Source: Chiloscyllium plagiosum
Taxonomy: Eukaryota
Direction of reading: 5' to 3'
Assembly (NCBI RefSeq): GCF_004010195.1
Contig: NC_057758.1
Span: 3,498,750-3,538,135 of the forward strand
Length of the DNA: 39,386 bases
Made by a program: the position numbers and the translations under genes
Part shown: positions 12,980 to 25,980 of the stretch, one piece after another
How the letters are laid out: every line of letters starts with the position of its first letter
How positions within the stretch are numbered: position 1 is the first letter of the stretch
Notes under the pieces: generated by a model
The model's input: only the letters and a program-made list of their open reading frames with translations
The model's database searches: none
Told to the model about the DNA's origin: nothing

Positions 12980-14902
12980 AATATGTGCGATGAAATGGAA
13001 GGGTTAATTCAGAATTACAGACATTGGATAATTCAAAGAACAGAATACCGAAGTGGGAAGAAGATGTGCAAACTTTCAAGCTGTTGAAGGAGAGGAGTGT
13101 CAGAAACTTTGTCAGGCATTAGTTGCAACTGATGGAGGTGCCAGAGAGGAGAATAAGCACTTTATGTGCATAAAGGCTGGGGATGAGACTATGTCCCCGT
13201 GCTCAGTGCAGAACAATGAGCTTTCATATATGGAGGCCCAGCAGTGGACAACATTTTTTTTTTATTTTGCACGGTGGAAGACTTGGAAACTGCTCTCACC
13301 CGCTATTTAGGTGGACAGAATGTAACGCACTATTCTTTGATGGGCTGTGCAAAAGAGCTCTAGGGGAAATTGAATTGGGAAAAAACCTACCTTGAACAGA
13401 ATGTCTTAAGAATAAAACGAGAGAAGAAAACACAGACGAGGAGGCAAGCAGAATTAGAAGCTATTGACTTGTAAAGAGAGAGATTTCGAGGGGAAATTCA
13501 GAAGCTATGCAGGTTAAGAGAAGGAATGGATTAGGAGACATACTTAAATCATAGCAGGGATGTTAGGCTGAAACAGCCAGAGAGTGATAGGGGAGTGACC
13601 GGGGAAGGAAAGATTCGGAGGCAGTAGTGTGATCAGGAAAATGAGCCCGAACAGAACAAGCGGAAAAAAAAAAGATTATCAAGAGATAGAATTATGGTTT
13701 GAAGTGGAATCTGTGGAGAAATTACAATGTAGCAGCTTTAAAAATAAGGGCAAGAAGCCCCCACCTGGGAAGATAATGCCTTTGATCATAAAAGGGTGAA
13801 GATAGCCACAATACATTCCTTGTGGAACCCAGGATCTGGAAGAGCTAATAAATGTGTTGCCCAGTTGACATGATGGAGCAGGAAAGTGAATTACAACCAT
13901 TGAGGACGAAATCACAGAACGGTTCTTGGCATTGGGGGATTTGAAGGTACTGTTAATAAAGGTGGTGGGACTGTCACAACTAAGAGAGATAATGAATTGA
14001 GCTCGCTCGAAAAATATAGTGGGCAATCCGATGCTTGATGATGCTGGGTTTGATCGAGACAGACAGAATGCATGGCGGGCACGTGGAGATTGTTATACGC
14101 CTAATATTGATCCAAAAGGTTGAACAGGGGATCCACTCGGATACACTGAAAACCCGGCAGCTTATTTGGAAAACCAGTTGAAAACGTGGAGGCTTGAAAA
14201 AGATTGGAAGGTAGTCAGCTGTTGAACACAATGTTCTGGACTGCTTTATTGAAGCAATCTTCCCTCAAGTCAAATCTAAGTTAGAGGAGCTAGAGGGTCT
14301 GACGTGCATGGCCCGCCAGGAATTCAGAGATTATGCAATCAGAGCGTTCAAAAGACTTGGGAAAGACAAGACGAAGCTGGCAGAACAGCAGGAGGAGGTG
14401 CAAAGAAATCTGATACTGCTGCAGCTCGAGGAACTTAAAAAGAAAGAGAGAGAAAAACAAAAAACTGTTGCCTGTGACAACTGGATTGGTTGGCGCCGAT
14501 ATGATGAGTAATATGCTGCTCCAGGAAGAATCATCTAACGCTACCTTGAAAGGGCCAGAAAATGCCATTCAGATAATAAACATTTTTGGGGGACTTTTCC
14601 ACAGTTACCATACCAACAGCAAAATAAACTTAATCAACAGCATAGAAGGGACTTTTGGGGGGGGGGGGGGGGGGGGAATTGGGAGGGTGGGGCGAGAAGT
14701 GTATGGTGAGAAGTCAGATACAGAGAAGATCAGGAATTGTGTGTTGGGGGTCTTGTGACCCATGCCATTTAAGACGAGATAGTCTTATTGGCCCTGGCCC
14801 TCCTGGTCCCAAGTTGTACCGATGAGTCAGGAAGGTCTGGCTGTCCTGCCACAAATCCCTACAGGCTCGATGGAGCCTGTAAATATGTATATGATGTGCT
14901 AG
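12980..14902 (+). pseudogene. gag: Decayed retroviral-type gag
   Basis: From 13776: MPLIIKG..PQYIPCGTQDLEELINVLP..DGAGK*I...LALGDLKVLL; coiled coil 14308-14470; degenerate zinc knuckle VCWGSCDPCHLRRD at 14739-14780; many stops; 5' boundary approximate. Confidence 0.75.
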
Positions 14903-15125
14903 GATTGCCCAGAGAAACCGAGTGAGAAGGGGCAATATTCTATGATAACGCAGGAAGCTGAACATGATCCTTTTGTCCAGGTTAGTGTCGAAGGACGGTT
15001 GAGGCCTATGATGATTAATATTGGAGCTACGTGGTTTTGTGTACAACCGCATATGCCTCGCACCTTCCCACATTAGGTACATGGTGCAGATGTGTTGCGT
15101 ATCTCGTGCAGTAGGATTATAGGAC
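14903..15125 (+). pseudogene. pro: Retroviral aspartic protease remnant, truncated
   Basis: In frame after TAG(14900-14902): DCPEKP...DPFVQVSVEGRLRPMMI-NIG-ATWFCV, with the DTG catalytic motif decayed to NIG. Confidence 0.7.
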
Positions 15126-15129
15126 ACAG

Positions 15130-15720
15130 AAGCACTTAGATCAAAATATCAATATGACATACACATATGCAATATATTGAACAAATATAGATTGCTGTTA
15201 AGTCTTTTGTCTTTTAGAATGGGGCTGCAGGTTCCTATTCCTTAATATGTAAATCCCAGAACTTCTTTCAAGTTGTATTCCCGAGATAATTAAAGGTTGA
15301 ATTTAAAAAGAAGTCACATCTCAGCTCAGACAAAACAATAAAGGAGTGAGTTTAGAGTCTGAATGTATTCTAATATTGAGTCAGGAGTGAGTTTAGAGTC
15401 TGAATGTATTCTAATATTGAGTCAGCCTGATTATATTTTCAAAGTAGGATTGTGTAAAATGATAAAACAATACTGACTGCCGACAGATGGTGTGGTTTTT
15501 GAACAAAATGTAATGGATATGCAAATGTAATTCTGCAAATGGTCATTCACCCAATGGACTTTTGTGTGTTTCTGTGTGCATGTGAGGAAGAGAGGTCGTG
15601 AGAGAGAGAGTGTGTGTGCATGTATGTGTGAGTGCGAGAGTGGGGGAATGTGTGTGTGTGTCTGTGTGTCTGTACCTGTGTGTCTGAAAGAGAGTGTATA
15701 TCTGCAAGAAGGTCTGCGTA
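15130..15720 (+). mobile_element. Interspersed repeat (probably Penelope-type terminal region) truncating the ERV, containing a 41-bp tandem duplication
   Basis: GGAGTGAGTTTAGAGTCTGAATGTATTCTAATATTGAGTCA at 15343 and 15384; family assignment from recall. Confidence 0.5.
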
Positions 15721-15759
15721 AGTATGTTCAAATGTAAAAGGGGGTGTGCATCTGGTCTC

Positions 15760-17960
15760 ATGACTGTGCTGATCATCTCCACTTCCCTTTCCTGCAACTC
15801 CTGGATAATTGCTCGATTCCCTTCCTGACTGAAAATCTGCCAACCTCACTGAATGAAAATGCACTCCATGCTGAAGAATTTCACCGTTTCAATGCCCTTT
15901 AAAAGAAGATGACCGTCTTCGATGCCGACTTAAATGGGCTACACGTTATCCAGAGCTGATGCACTCTGGTCCATGATTCTTGCACAATGGTAAACAACCT
16001 CTCCTGTTCTCCACTGAATGTTTTTTTTCTAAGAGTCTTTCATGTTTCAATAAGCTGAGATCTCATTCTTCTCAACTCCCACCAATATTGACCTGTCCTA
16101 CTCAATCTCTCCATAGCTGATGTCAGTTCCGTGATCTTCTCTGGATTGCCTCAAATTCTGCTCCGACTGGAAACAAAGAAATGGCTGAGGAGCTGAATGA
16201 GTAATTTGCATCAGTCTTTGCTGTGAAAAGGGTGACTAACATCGTTGGGGTGTGGGGGTGGACAGCAGAAATTAGTGCGGTGGCCAGCAACAAGGAGAAG
16301 GTGCTGAAAAAAAACTTTAAGTGGGCAAATTACCTGATAAAGATGGGCTACGTACCACGGTTCTGATGGAGATAAGTGAAGAGATCGTGGAGCCTTCAAC
16401 AGCGATCTTTCCGGTGTCACTAAATTCCGGGGGACTCCTTGAATACTGGAAGCTTACTAATGTTAAACCCCTGTTTCAGAAGGGAATTGGGAGAAAGATA
16501 GGAAGTTACAGAATGAAAATCTGACCTCAATCAATGGTCAGATTTTGGAATCCATTGTGAAGGGTGGGATTTCTGAATACTTAGAAATGCATCGGAAAAC
16601 AGGGCAAACTCAGTATTATTTAATGAAGGGGATTTTAAAATTCTTTGAGGGGGCATAGAGAAGGTTAGACCAAGGAGAGACAATCGATGTTGTAAATCTC
16701 CACTTCCAGAAGGTCTCTGATAAGATGCTGAAGGAAGCAACATAGTCGGAAACAGCCAGATGTTGTCAAACGCCAGGTATTAGCATGTATAGAAGATTAA
16801 CTGTCTGGCAGAACGCAGAGAGTGGGATAAAATCAGTCCTTAACAGAAAAGAAACCCGTGGCCAGTGGCTGTCCACAAAGCTCAGTGTTTGGAATACAGC
16901 TTTTCACTTCATATATTAGCGATCTACCTGAAACAACTAAGAGCATTCTGACTAAGTTTGCAGATGAGACAATGATAAGTAGAGGGGATGGTAAAATTGA
17001 GGAGACATGTGGGCTTCAAACAGCTTTAGAGATTAGGAGAGCGGGTAGAAGTATGGACTATTTTCTAAATGGCGAGAAAATTCAGAAATTTGAAGTTCAA
17101 AGGGACTTAGAGTCCTGATCTATGATCCTCTTCAGGTAAACATGCAAGTTGAGTCGGTAATCAGAAACGCAAATAGAATGTTTTCATGCATCTCGAAAGA
17201 CGAGAACAAAGACTCACGGGTGTACATCTGAGGCACTCTAACTCTGGTCATTCCACATTTGGAGTATTGTGCACAGGTTTGGGTACCATACCTCAGGAAA
17301 GATGTATTGGCTCTGCAGAGGTCTGGAAGGTGTTCACAAGAGTCATTCGAGGAATGAAAGACTTAACATTTGAGGAAGATTTGCATACTCTGGGACTGAA
17401 CTCGATGGAATACTGGAAGCTTACTAATGTTAAACCCCCATCACTTATACCTGATTGAAACTTACAGAATACTGAAAGTCCGGGAAAAAGTGGAATTTGG
17501 AAGGTGTTTCTATTGGCAGAAAAAAACGAGGAATCGAGGAGTCAGCCTTTGAGTGAATGGAAGAACTCTTAGCATGGAGATAAACAGAAACATTTCGAGA
17601 TAAGGAGTGTTGATTCTATAGGATTCATTGTCACAGACGTTCATGGAGCCAGGTCACTGAGTACATATAAGATTTACATAGTTAGGTTCTTGGTTCGGAA
17701 GGTGATCAAAGTTTACAGGAAGAAAGCGGGAAAATTGCGTTGAAAACTCTACCAGCCTTGTTTGAATGGCAGAGCACTCTCGCTGGGCGGAATGGCCCAA
17801 GTTCTGCTCCTGTGGTCTTCCGATCTCATGATCTTTCCTCAGATAAAGTGCCCACCATTACTTATAATATTCCACCAGTGCTTTGACGAGAGTCTTGTTC
17901 AGCCTTTGCAAAACGTCCTGACCTTTACACACCAATCTCATGGAACAGCTATGAATGTAT
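15760..17960. mobile_element. Old CR1 LINE fragments (mainly + strand ORF2, 16170-17820)
   Basis: Decayed WKLTNVKPLFQKG, SGCPQSSVFG, KFADET, RDL and HLEYC motifs; CR1 3' UTR near 17760-17820. Confidence 0.85.
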
Positions 17961-18089
17961 TTTTGAACAAATCTGGTGGAGCTGTTTTCGAATCACCGTG
18001 TTCAGCGATGTGGTTACACGCATCTGGAGTAAGTACGGACTGAAACCAGGCCTTCCTGGCTTACAGTTGGGACATTTCTATTGCAATAC

Positions 18090-18483
18090 TACAGCTGGCT
18101 CTCGTTGAAATGCAGCATGTGGATGTGACTACTGAGATGACAGGGAATAGCTACTTGGTCATCAATACTTATAATAAGAAAAGAAAAACAGGCGTACAAA
18201 TTCTGCACCCAATGGGAATTCCACTCAGTGTTTTACTGAGTGGATTTCTTTCTCTTCCAAGATGACAAAAACAGTATGTGCTGACGGAATCGACACACAT
18301 GAGACTCACAGATGGCAGCACACATCAAAAGAATACATCAGTTACTGTTCCAAGCCATGCTTCCCATGTTTGCCAAAGCTTCTGCAACTAAGACGAAAAG
18401 TAGAACTTACCAATTGTGGTGGCTTCCACGAATAACAGTGTCGCCCACATCATCTTTGTGGTTATGAGAGAAGAAACGATCAT
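18090..18483 (-). pseudogene. Defensin-like gene remnant: signal exon plus truncated exon 2
   Basis: 18483-18411 MIVSSLITTKMMWATLLFVEATTI-G|gtaagt; strong acceptor near 18168 then DDQVAIPC-HLSSHI-H-MLH-F(TTC), cut by a SINE-like insert; also VCCHL* near 18305-18325. Confidence 0.4.
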
Positions 18484-19279
18484 CCTCTCTTTATGGGTTC
18501 ACAGCTTACGCTGGTGGTATCAATCATTGATACAATGGCGACTGGCTGCACTTTGCGTTCTAATAGGGTGTAGATCACGACATAAAACTGACAGTAACTG
18601 GAATGAAAAATTGGAAATATCTCCTTAATGCTTACATCATAAACTGAGCAGAGTTAAGGGCCTGAGTAATGAGTGAACTGTCGAGGATTGAAGTCAATTT
18701 TTCATAAGTATGTAGGTATAGGAATGGGCGATTTGGCAGATTGAGTCTGTTCAGCCACTCAGGAAGATCATGTCTAATCTGTAACACAACACCATATGAA
18801 AGGCTTGGGACCATATCCCTTGATCCTCTGCCTTAATGAAAATGATCAATCTCACATTTAAATGTAACAAATGAATTAGCATCGCTAACCATTTGAGGGT
18901 GTGCGTCCCAAACCTCCAGAACTGTTTTAGTTTCGAAGTGGGTTCTGTCATCTCTCCTGCATTGCTTGACCCTCGTTCAGACTATAATATGGACAACTCT
19001 GGTTGGGGGCAAACACAGAATGCCCAACCCGTGTGGTCTCTGTGAGGATGTGATGGTGAACTGCCTTCTTGATTCACAGTAATACATACGTTGCATTTAC
19101 CCACAATGACCCGAGGGCGCGAATTCCGTGATTTTGTACCAGCACATATTTGACTTCAAAGTTATATAGTGCACATTGTTTGTCCTTATATATCTTGTCT
19201 TTCCCTGTTGGTAATCCGAACCTTTGATTACATCTCCCAATAACCTTCCAGATTCTGTGAGATTTCAAGCCTTCCTCAA

Positions 19280-22200
19280 GAACATAGAACAGTACAAAAC
19301 AGTAAAGGCATTCGGTCCTTGGTGTTATGCCGGCCTTTTATCCTACTCTAAGATCAGACAAACCGACATACCTTTCATTGCACTAATAGAATTAGAATCC
19401 CCACTGCATGGAAACACATCATTTGGCCAACATGTCCACGTTGGATCTCTAAAGAATATCTCATCCAAACCCATGGCCCCACACCTATGAATCTACATTT
19501 CCACTACCTAATCGACCTGGCCGACACATCCCTGACCACTAATGGCATTTTAACATGGCCAATTCACCTAACCTGCATATAGTTGTGGCTCTGAAAGGAA
19601 ACCAGAGCACCAGGAGGGCAAGCACGCAGAAAAGGGGAAAACGTGCAATTTCCACATAGACAATTCAGTGAGGATGGAATTGAACGCTGGTCAGTGATGC
19701 TGTGTAGCAGCAGTGCTAACCACTGAGCAAACGTGCCGATGGACTAGTCGCTTAAAAATATATCTGATTTTATTAACACTGTTGACAGTATATTCCACAC
19801 ACTCACCACTGCCTGTGTAAACAAGCCAGCTCTCACATCTCCTCTGATCCTTCCTACAATTAGCTTAATTATTCCCCCTCGTGATAGACATTAACGCGAT
19901 GGGCAATAGTCTGCTTATCGATTCTATCTATGACTCTCAACATCCTATGCAAAAAAAATCAAGTCACCTCTCATACCTCGCCGCTTAAATGGGAATAGCA
20001 ATTACTTGCCTCAACCTTCCTTCATAAGATATGCCCCCCAGTTCAGGCAATATCCTGGGAAATCTTCTCCACACTTTCTGTCAATCTTTCTTTTAATGAG
20101 GCGATCAAACAAAATGCAATGTTCCAAGAGTGGTCTAACCAGGGGTCTATAGAGCTGCAGTATAACCGCGCAGCTGTAAAACTCAATCTCCATGCTAATG
20201 AATGTAAACACATCATACACCTCTTTAACAAAACTATCAACTTGGATGGCAACTTTAGTGGATCTATGGACATTGTTTCCTCTGTTCCTCCGCATTGCCA
20301 AGTATTCTGTACGTTGCGTTAACATTCGACATTCCAAAGTGAATCACTTCACACTTTTGCAGGTTGAACTTCACCTCCTACTTACCAACCGATGTCTCCA
20401 ACCTTGCAATGTCCCGTTGCAATCTACAACGGCCCTCCATACTATACACAACTCCACCAAACTTCGTGTCATTCTTAAACTTATGAACCCACCTTCACTT
20501 CCTCATCAAGGTCATTGATAAAATCACGAAAAGCAGAGGCCCCAGAACTGGTCCCTGCAGAACACCACTGATCACCGAAATCTCGGCTGTAATCTTTTCA
20601 TTTACTATCACTCTCCATTTTCTATGCGCCAGCCAATTCTATATCTGGACATCCAGATTTCTCTTTATCCCAATCCTCCTTATTTTCCGAATAAGCCTAA
20701 AATGGAGAACTTTATAAAACGCCTTGTGAAATTCCATGTCCACCACACCGACTGCTCGACCTTATTTAACATGTGTTGTCAAATCCTCAAAGAATTAAAT
20801 CAGGTTTGTGAGGTATGACTTGCCACTCACAAAGGTATTCTGACTATGTATAATAAAACTACGGTTTTAAAGTAATAATAATCCTGTCTCTCAGAAAATT
20901 CTACAAAATTTTGCCCACCCCCGACGTAAGATTAGCTAGTCTGTAATTCCCAGAAAAATCCAAATATCCTTTCCTGAACAAGGGAATAACATTTGCCACA
21001 CTCCAAAGATGTGGCACTAAACCAGAACACAGTACTGACGCAAAGATCATCGCCCGAGGCAAACTCTTGCCTGGCTTCCTGTAATATCCTAGAGTACATT
21101 CTGTTATCCCAAGGGATTTATGTATTCTTGCATTTTTCAAAATATTCAGCACAACCTCCTTCCTAACATCAACGGCTCGATTATATCAGTCATGATATAA
21201 TCAGATTTCCATTATCTGTCATCAGAAACATTAAGGGCGCCAGCTGTCGTGAATACTGAATCAAGGTATTTATAAATAACTTCCTCTGAGTCTAGGCGCA
21301 AGTTCCCTCCATCAGCCCTGATCGGCCCTAACTCACAGTGGCCATCCTCTTGTCCCTTAAGTAAGTGTCGAGTGCTTTCGAGTTCCCCTTAATTCTAGGT
21401 TCTGTTGCTTTCTATGGCCTCTTCTAGCTCTCCTAAGTCCACTCTTCATGTTCTTGTAATCTTCTGAAACCCTGTATGATCTTTGCCGGAAAACCTTAAA
21501 TCAACTTCCTTCTCCCTCATGACCAGACGTTCCATTATCCTTGTCACACAAGGGTCTTTCACCTAATATTGCTTCCTTGTCGCAATTGCACAAACCTATC
21601 CAGCACTATTAGCTGGAGCTTCCGAAGCAACCTTCACGTTTCTGTCGTGAATTTTCCTGTGAACATATATTCCCATTTAGGAGCCCCAATTGCAGACTGA
21701 TAGAATTGTAACCACCCCTCCTCCAATTACATACCTTCCTATACCGTTTGTTCCTACCTTCTCCACGAGGAACGTAAACGTCTGGGAGTTGTGATCACTG
21801 TCGCTGAAAAGCACTCCCACTTGCGATCTGAAAACCTGGTATACCTCATTGCCAGACACCAAATCCAATGTGGCCTTCTCTCTTGCCGACCTATCCACAA
21901 TTTGAGTCAGGAATGCAATCTGAACACACCCCACAAAAACTGCCCCCTCCAAGCTGTTTGAAATAAATAGATTCCAATCAATATTATGGATGTTAAAGTC
22001 ACCCACGATAACAATCCTTCTACTTCTGCACCTTTACAAAATCTGACTCCCTGTCTCTTCCTCCGTGCCTCTGTTGCTATTGGGGTGACTGCAGAAAACT
22101 TCCAATAAAATGACTGCTCCTTTCCTGTTTCTGACTTCCAACCAGACTGACTCTGGAGACAAGCCCTCCTCCACGATCATCCTTTATGCAGCTGTGATAT

Positions 22201-22700
22201 TATCGCTGATTAGCAATGGCACTCCCCCACCTCTTTTACAGAACACGTTCATTCTGGTTTGAAACGTCTAAACCGTGGAGCATCCAATACCTCTCCTGCC
22301 TTTTGATATCCAAGTCTCTGTAATGACCACAACATGACAGATCGAAGTATTGATCCATATTCTGAGTTGTTCACATTTATTCTTGATACTTGTATTAACA
22401 TAGCCACACTTAAACCCATCACAATGACTGCACCTTTGCCTCATCAAGAGCTAGCTCCTTCTCAGAGATCCTCTGTAGGCTGTGTATTAGAGCTGCACGA
22501 ACTACCGCACCATCTGATCCATAGCGCTGTTCCAAATCCCTTACCTGACTAGTTTGAACCCTCCCAAAGAACTCCAGCAAACCTCACGCAGAGGGTCTTA
22601 TTGCCCCTCCAGTTCAGGTGCACCCGCACTTCTTTTACAGGTCCCATCCCTCCAGAATGTATCCAATAGGATTCGGAAATTACTGCATGGAGTCTACTCC
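19280..22700 (-). mobile_element. Long decayed CR1 LINE (endonuclease + RT ORF2) with nested SINE
   Basis: GDFN and LDLV..N / SDH endonuclease motifs (21677-22006), ANVIPLFRKG..GNYR, LVRPLLEHC; CATAGAA tail near 19283. Confidence 0.9.
19390..19740 (-). mobile_element. HE1-type SINE nested in the CR1 3' end
   Basis: Reverse complement reads GGCACG..GCTCAGTGGTTAGCACTGCTG... Confidence 0.85.
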
Positions 22701-22769
22701 GCCATTTAATCCTAGACAATAAGTTTCTCGTTTTCATTCTTCTGCTTCCCGCCCCCCCCCCCCCACCCC

Positions 22770-23030
22770 CCGCCCCGTAATGTTTGATCCGATGGTAATC
22801 AAGAATCTATTTATCTCAGTCTTAAAAGTTCTCAACTACCTGACTTCCAGAACCGTCATTGACAGTGAATTCCATCAATCTCTGGCTGAAGAAATTTCTC
22901 CTTGCTTCGTTTCCTAAAGGGCTTCTCTTTACTCGCAGGCTGCCTTGTCGGGTTTTATTCTCTCGTACTAATGGAAACATCTTTAAAACATGCAGTCTGA
23001 ACTGGCCATTCAATATTCCGCATCTACACT
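22770..23030 (-). mobile_element. CR1 3' fragment
   Basis: MFPLVRENKTR..SLRV...EARRNFFSQR motif. Confidence 0.8.
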
Positions 23031-23034
23031 GTTG

Positions 23035-23504
23035 GTAATCTAAATGCAATTCTTCAAATAGCCATCTCTTTGGCATCCTGTGCGATTGGGGAAAATGATC
23101 AGCAGTTTGACCCAATGAAATAGAAAGTGAAATTTGGACAGTCTCTGAGATGCCAAGGCATTTTGATGGAACAAGCCCCGGAAATATCAGAATGTGAGTA
23201 CGGATGCGAATGATTTAAAACACTCACGGATTTGACCTGTCCCGTTCCATATTCATAGGAACGAGGGCTCTGTCATTCTCTTATTGGTCTGTTCTGTTCA
23301 GAACAACTCAGCTCCAGGGAGTTAGGACGGACCTTGTCTTGAATCGCTTCTTACAAACCTGCGTGTGAGCCAGGAAGATGAGTCATAGGAAAAAAACCGT
23401 CAGAGAAAGTATTGTGTGGAGCAGAATCCGGAAACAAAAAGTTCAAATCGGTGTTCAGAGAGTCGACAATTCAACCAGGCAGCTGTAGTTAGAGAATGAA
23501 AGAC

Positions 23505-23559
<55 letters not shown>

Positions 23560-24575
23560 TTGAGTCACAGATAAAAGAGAGGCAGGGAGAGTGAGAGGCC
23601 AAATGTGAAACGGAGTGAATCAGCTTGGTCCACAACAAGTGAGAGTGAGACGAGAGAGAGTGAGTGAGACAATGTGCGTCACTCTGGCAAGCAACAGTGA
23701 GAGATGAGAGAACGGTGTTTGCATGTATCGAAATAAACATAGAAGCAGTCAGAGTGAGAGTGACAGAAAGAATGACAAAGAGACATAGTGAAAGGCAAAA
23801 AGAGAATGAGATATATGGGTGAGATGCAAAAAAGTGCGAGAAAAATAAGGAAGTGACAGGCAGTGACATAGCAATGGAGGAAGATACAGCAGCATAGATT
23901 CCACGTTTTAAAAGGTCTTCCCTTTACTCTCAGGCTGTGCCGTCGTTTCCTATTCTACCCTGCCAACATCTTCCAAACATCACTTGGACCAGACCATTCA
24001 GTTTCAGCTTATAGACCACCGGGATTCTAAATACAAATCTTGGAATAGCCATCTCTCTGACAGCTGGTGGGATTATGGAAAACGAACAGCAATTTGACCC
24101 AGTGAAGGCGGCAGTGAAACTTGGACAGATTCTCTGAAATGCTGATGCAGTGAGATGGTGCAAGCCTGGGATTTATCAGAAGGCGAGTATGGACTTTAAT
24201 GATTTCACGTGGTCAAGGATTCAGCCTGTCGAGTACCATACAACCAGGAACAAGGGCTCTCTAATCGTATTGTTATGGACCTATTGGGTTCAGAGCAACT
24301 CAGCTCTGGGGGGTTAGGACGGACCTTGTACGGAATTGGTCCTCAAAACATCTCCGGGCTTAACAGCACCATCCAAGACAAACCCTCAAACACAGCCCGT
24401 TCACTTTGGAGTAAAGAAGGGGAAGCAGTGGAATTCACCTGGAGTGTGACAGGAAAGTATTCCACTGTAAAAGAACAGTTGGAGAATATGCAATGGGAGA
24501 AAAATTCCGAATCTAAAGCTGCAAATCGTTGTGAAGAGAATCGACAAAGAAACCAGAAAACTACAGTGAGAGTGT
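23035..24575. repeat. Diverged local tandem duplication: 23035-23490 vs 24025-24575
   Basis: Colinear shared blocks AATAGCCATCTCT, TTTGACCCA.TGAA, TTGGACAG, CAACTCAGCTC, GTTAGGACGGACCTTGT; each copy is followed by a GA-rich tract. Confidence 0.9.
24360..24464 (-). pseudogene. Beta-defensin-like exon 2 (frameshifted)
   Basis: ttcttttacag| GILSC-HTPGEFH-C-FPF-F(TTT)-TPK /shift/ VNGLC-LRVCLGW-CC*. Confidence 0.6.
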
Positions 24576-25365
24576 GAGCGAGACAGAGACAGATCAGAGA
24601 TTGAGAGCATGAGTGTTTGTGTTTGAATGGCAGAGAGAGGAATGGAGAGAGAGTGAGAGAGGGGAGAGGGACGGACAGTGAAACAGGCAGCTCGACAGAC
24701 AGTGATAGAAAGGCAGAATGTTTGAGAGTAAGAAAGGAGATGGGAAGAGTGAGAGACAAAGAAAGTCACATATATCTTAGTGAGGCAGTGGGAGTGAGAG
24801 ACGTTAAGTGAGTCAGATTGTTACATAGTGAGGGAGACTAAGACGAAACAGAACAAGTGAGACAACGTAAGAGTGACAAGTGACGCAAAGGGATGAGATA
24901 ATGAGAGAGGTAAATTGAAATCAATATAGAATCAGCCATAATGAGAGTGACAGAAATAATGACAGCGAGACGGAATGGAAGACAAATAGAGATTGAGCAA
25001 TATATCAATGTATGAAATAAAGTGTGAGAGAAACGAGGGAGTGAAAGACATAGAAACGAGGGACATAGAAACAGAGTAAGTTATAATTGGGGGCAGTGAG
25101 TGGCTGAGTGGGACAATAGAATGAAAGAAAGGGTGATAATCATGAGAATGTGTGGGACAGAGAAACACAGGTACAGGCTAACAATAAAAAAGATAAGCAG
25201 AGCGACAGAGTGAACAATAAAAGATGGAGACAAAAGATGAGAGAAAGACAGACTGTGGGAGAAACGAGAGAGATCGAGTGAGAGAGAAATAGAAATAGAG
25301 TGAGAACATGAGAACAAGACAGAAGTAAACTTAGAGACAGAAAGAGGCTTAGAAAATCTTTGCCG
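24575..25365. repeat. GA-rich low-complexity tract
   Basis: Purine-rich cryptic (GA)n; similar tracts at 23500-23880 and 26945-27425. Confidence 0.9.
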
Positions 25366-25732
25366 ATATTCACAATCCAATTTTTACTGCTCTTTTCCAG
25401 TTATCACGTTTCAGGATTCGGCTTCTCACTTGCCTCTTAAAGTGGGGCTGTTGGAGTCAATTTCCATGAAACTGGGATTGTAAACGGTGTCAGATTCGCT
25501 CTGCCCACTGTCCTTTCCCGGCTGGGAGGAGCTGACTAGAAGAAGAAAGGAGTATTATTCCTCCTTCTTGGGTTCCTGGCCGTGTCTGCAATCAGGCCAT
25601 CACCTTGCCATGGACTTATTTAATTCTCAAAGGTTAGCCACCACCACATTGGGCGTGAGGGTGGGCCTTTTCCAAAGGCTGGACCTCACAGTGAAAATCA
25701 CTACACACTGTCCAAGGAGATGATGGATGAGC

Positions 25733-25980
25733 CTAATCCCAACCATCACTCCATGCAGTGCTACTGGTCCCGGTGACTCTCCACTCCCCATCAGTCCGAC
25801 GAAGGCATTGCCTTCTCTCATATTTTCAATATGCAGCTTGCTGCTCGTTTTCCCTTCGAGAGAAAGGAAGAGCAGGACAATGGCAGGGAAAGAGATGCAT
25901 CCACAAAAACACATATACCCAGAGAGAGAGAGACCCGCAAATACATGCAATAGGAGCGCAAATAGACCAACTGGCCCCTC
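25733..25980 (-). pseudogene. Beta-defensin-like pseudogene (signal exon + exon 2)
   Basis: Leader-like VGLFALLLHVFAGLSLSG|gtatat; acceptor at 25853; ASC-ILKI-*(TGA)-EK../QC-LRRTDGEWRVTGT-S(AGT)-STAWSD-GW(GGT TGG)D*. Confidence 0.5.

Noticed and set aside
24380..24510. Plus-strand SKEGEAVEFTWSV resembling an Ig V-domain start
   Set aside because: No Cys, no acceptor, no YYC; it is the antisense of the defensin-like exon
25415..25535. Strong minus-strand acceptor followed by an exon-sized frame (..FMEIDSNS..)
   Set aside because: No cysteine remains; too degenerate to call, as is the Cys-containing stretch at 30660-30800
25650..25700. Minus-strand CACTGTG followed by TTT GGA AAA GGC (FGKG), like an Ig/TCR J segment
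   Set aside because: No nonamer at 12 or 23 bp spacing, frame breaks after FGKG, no proper donor
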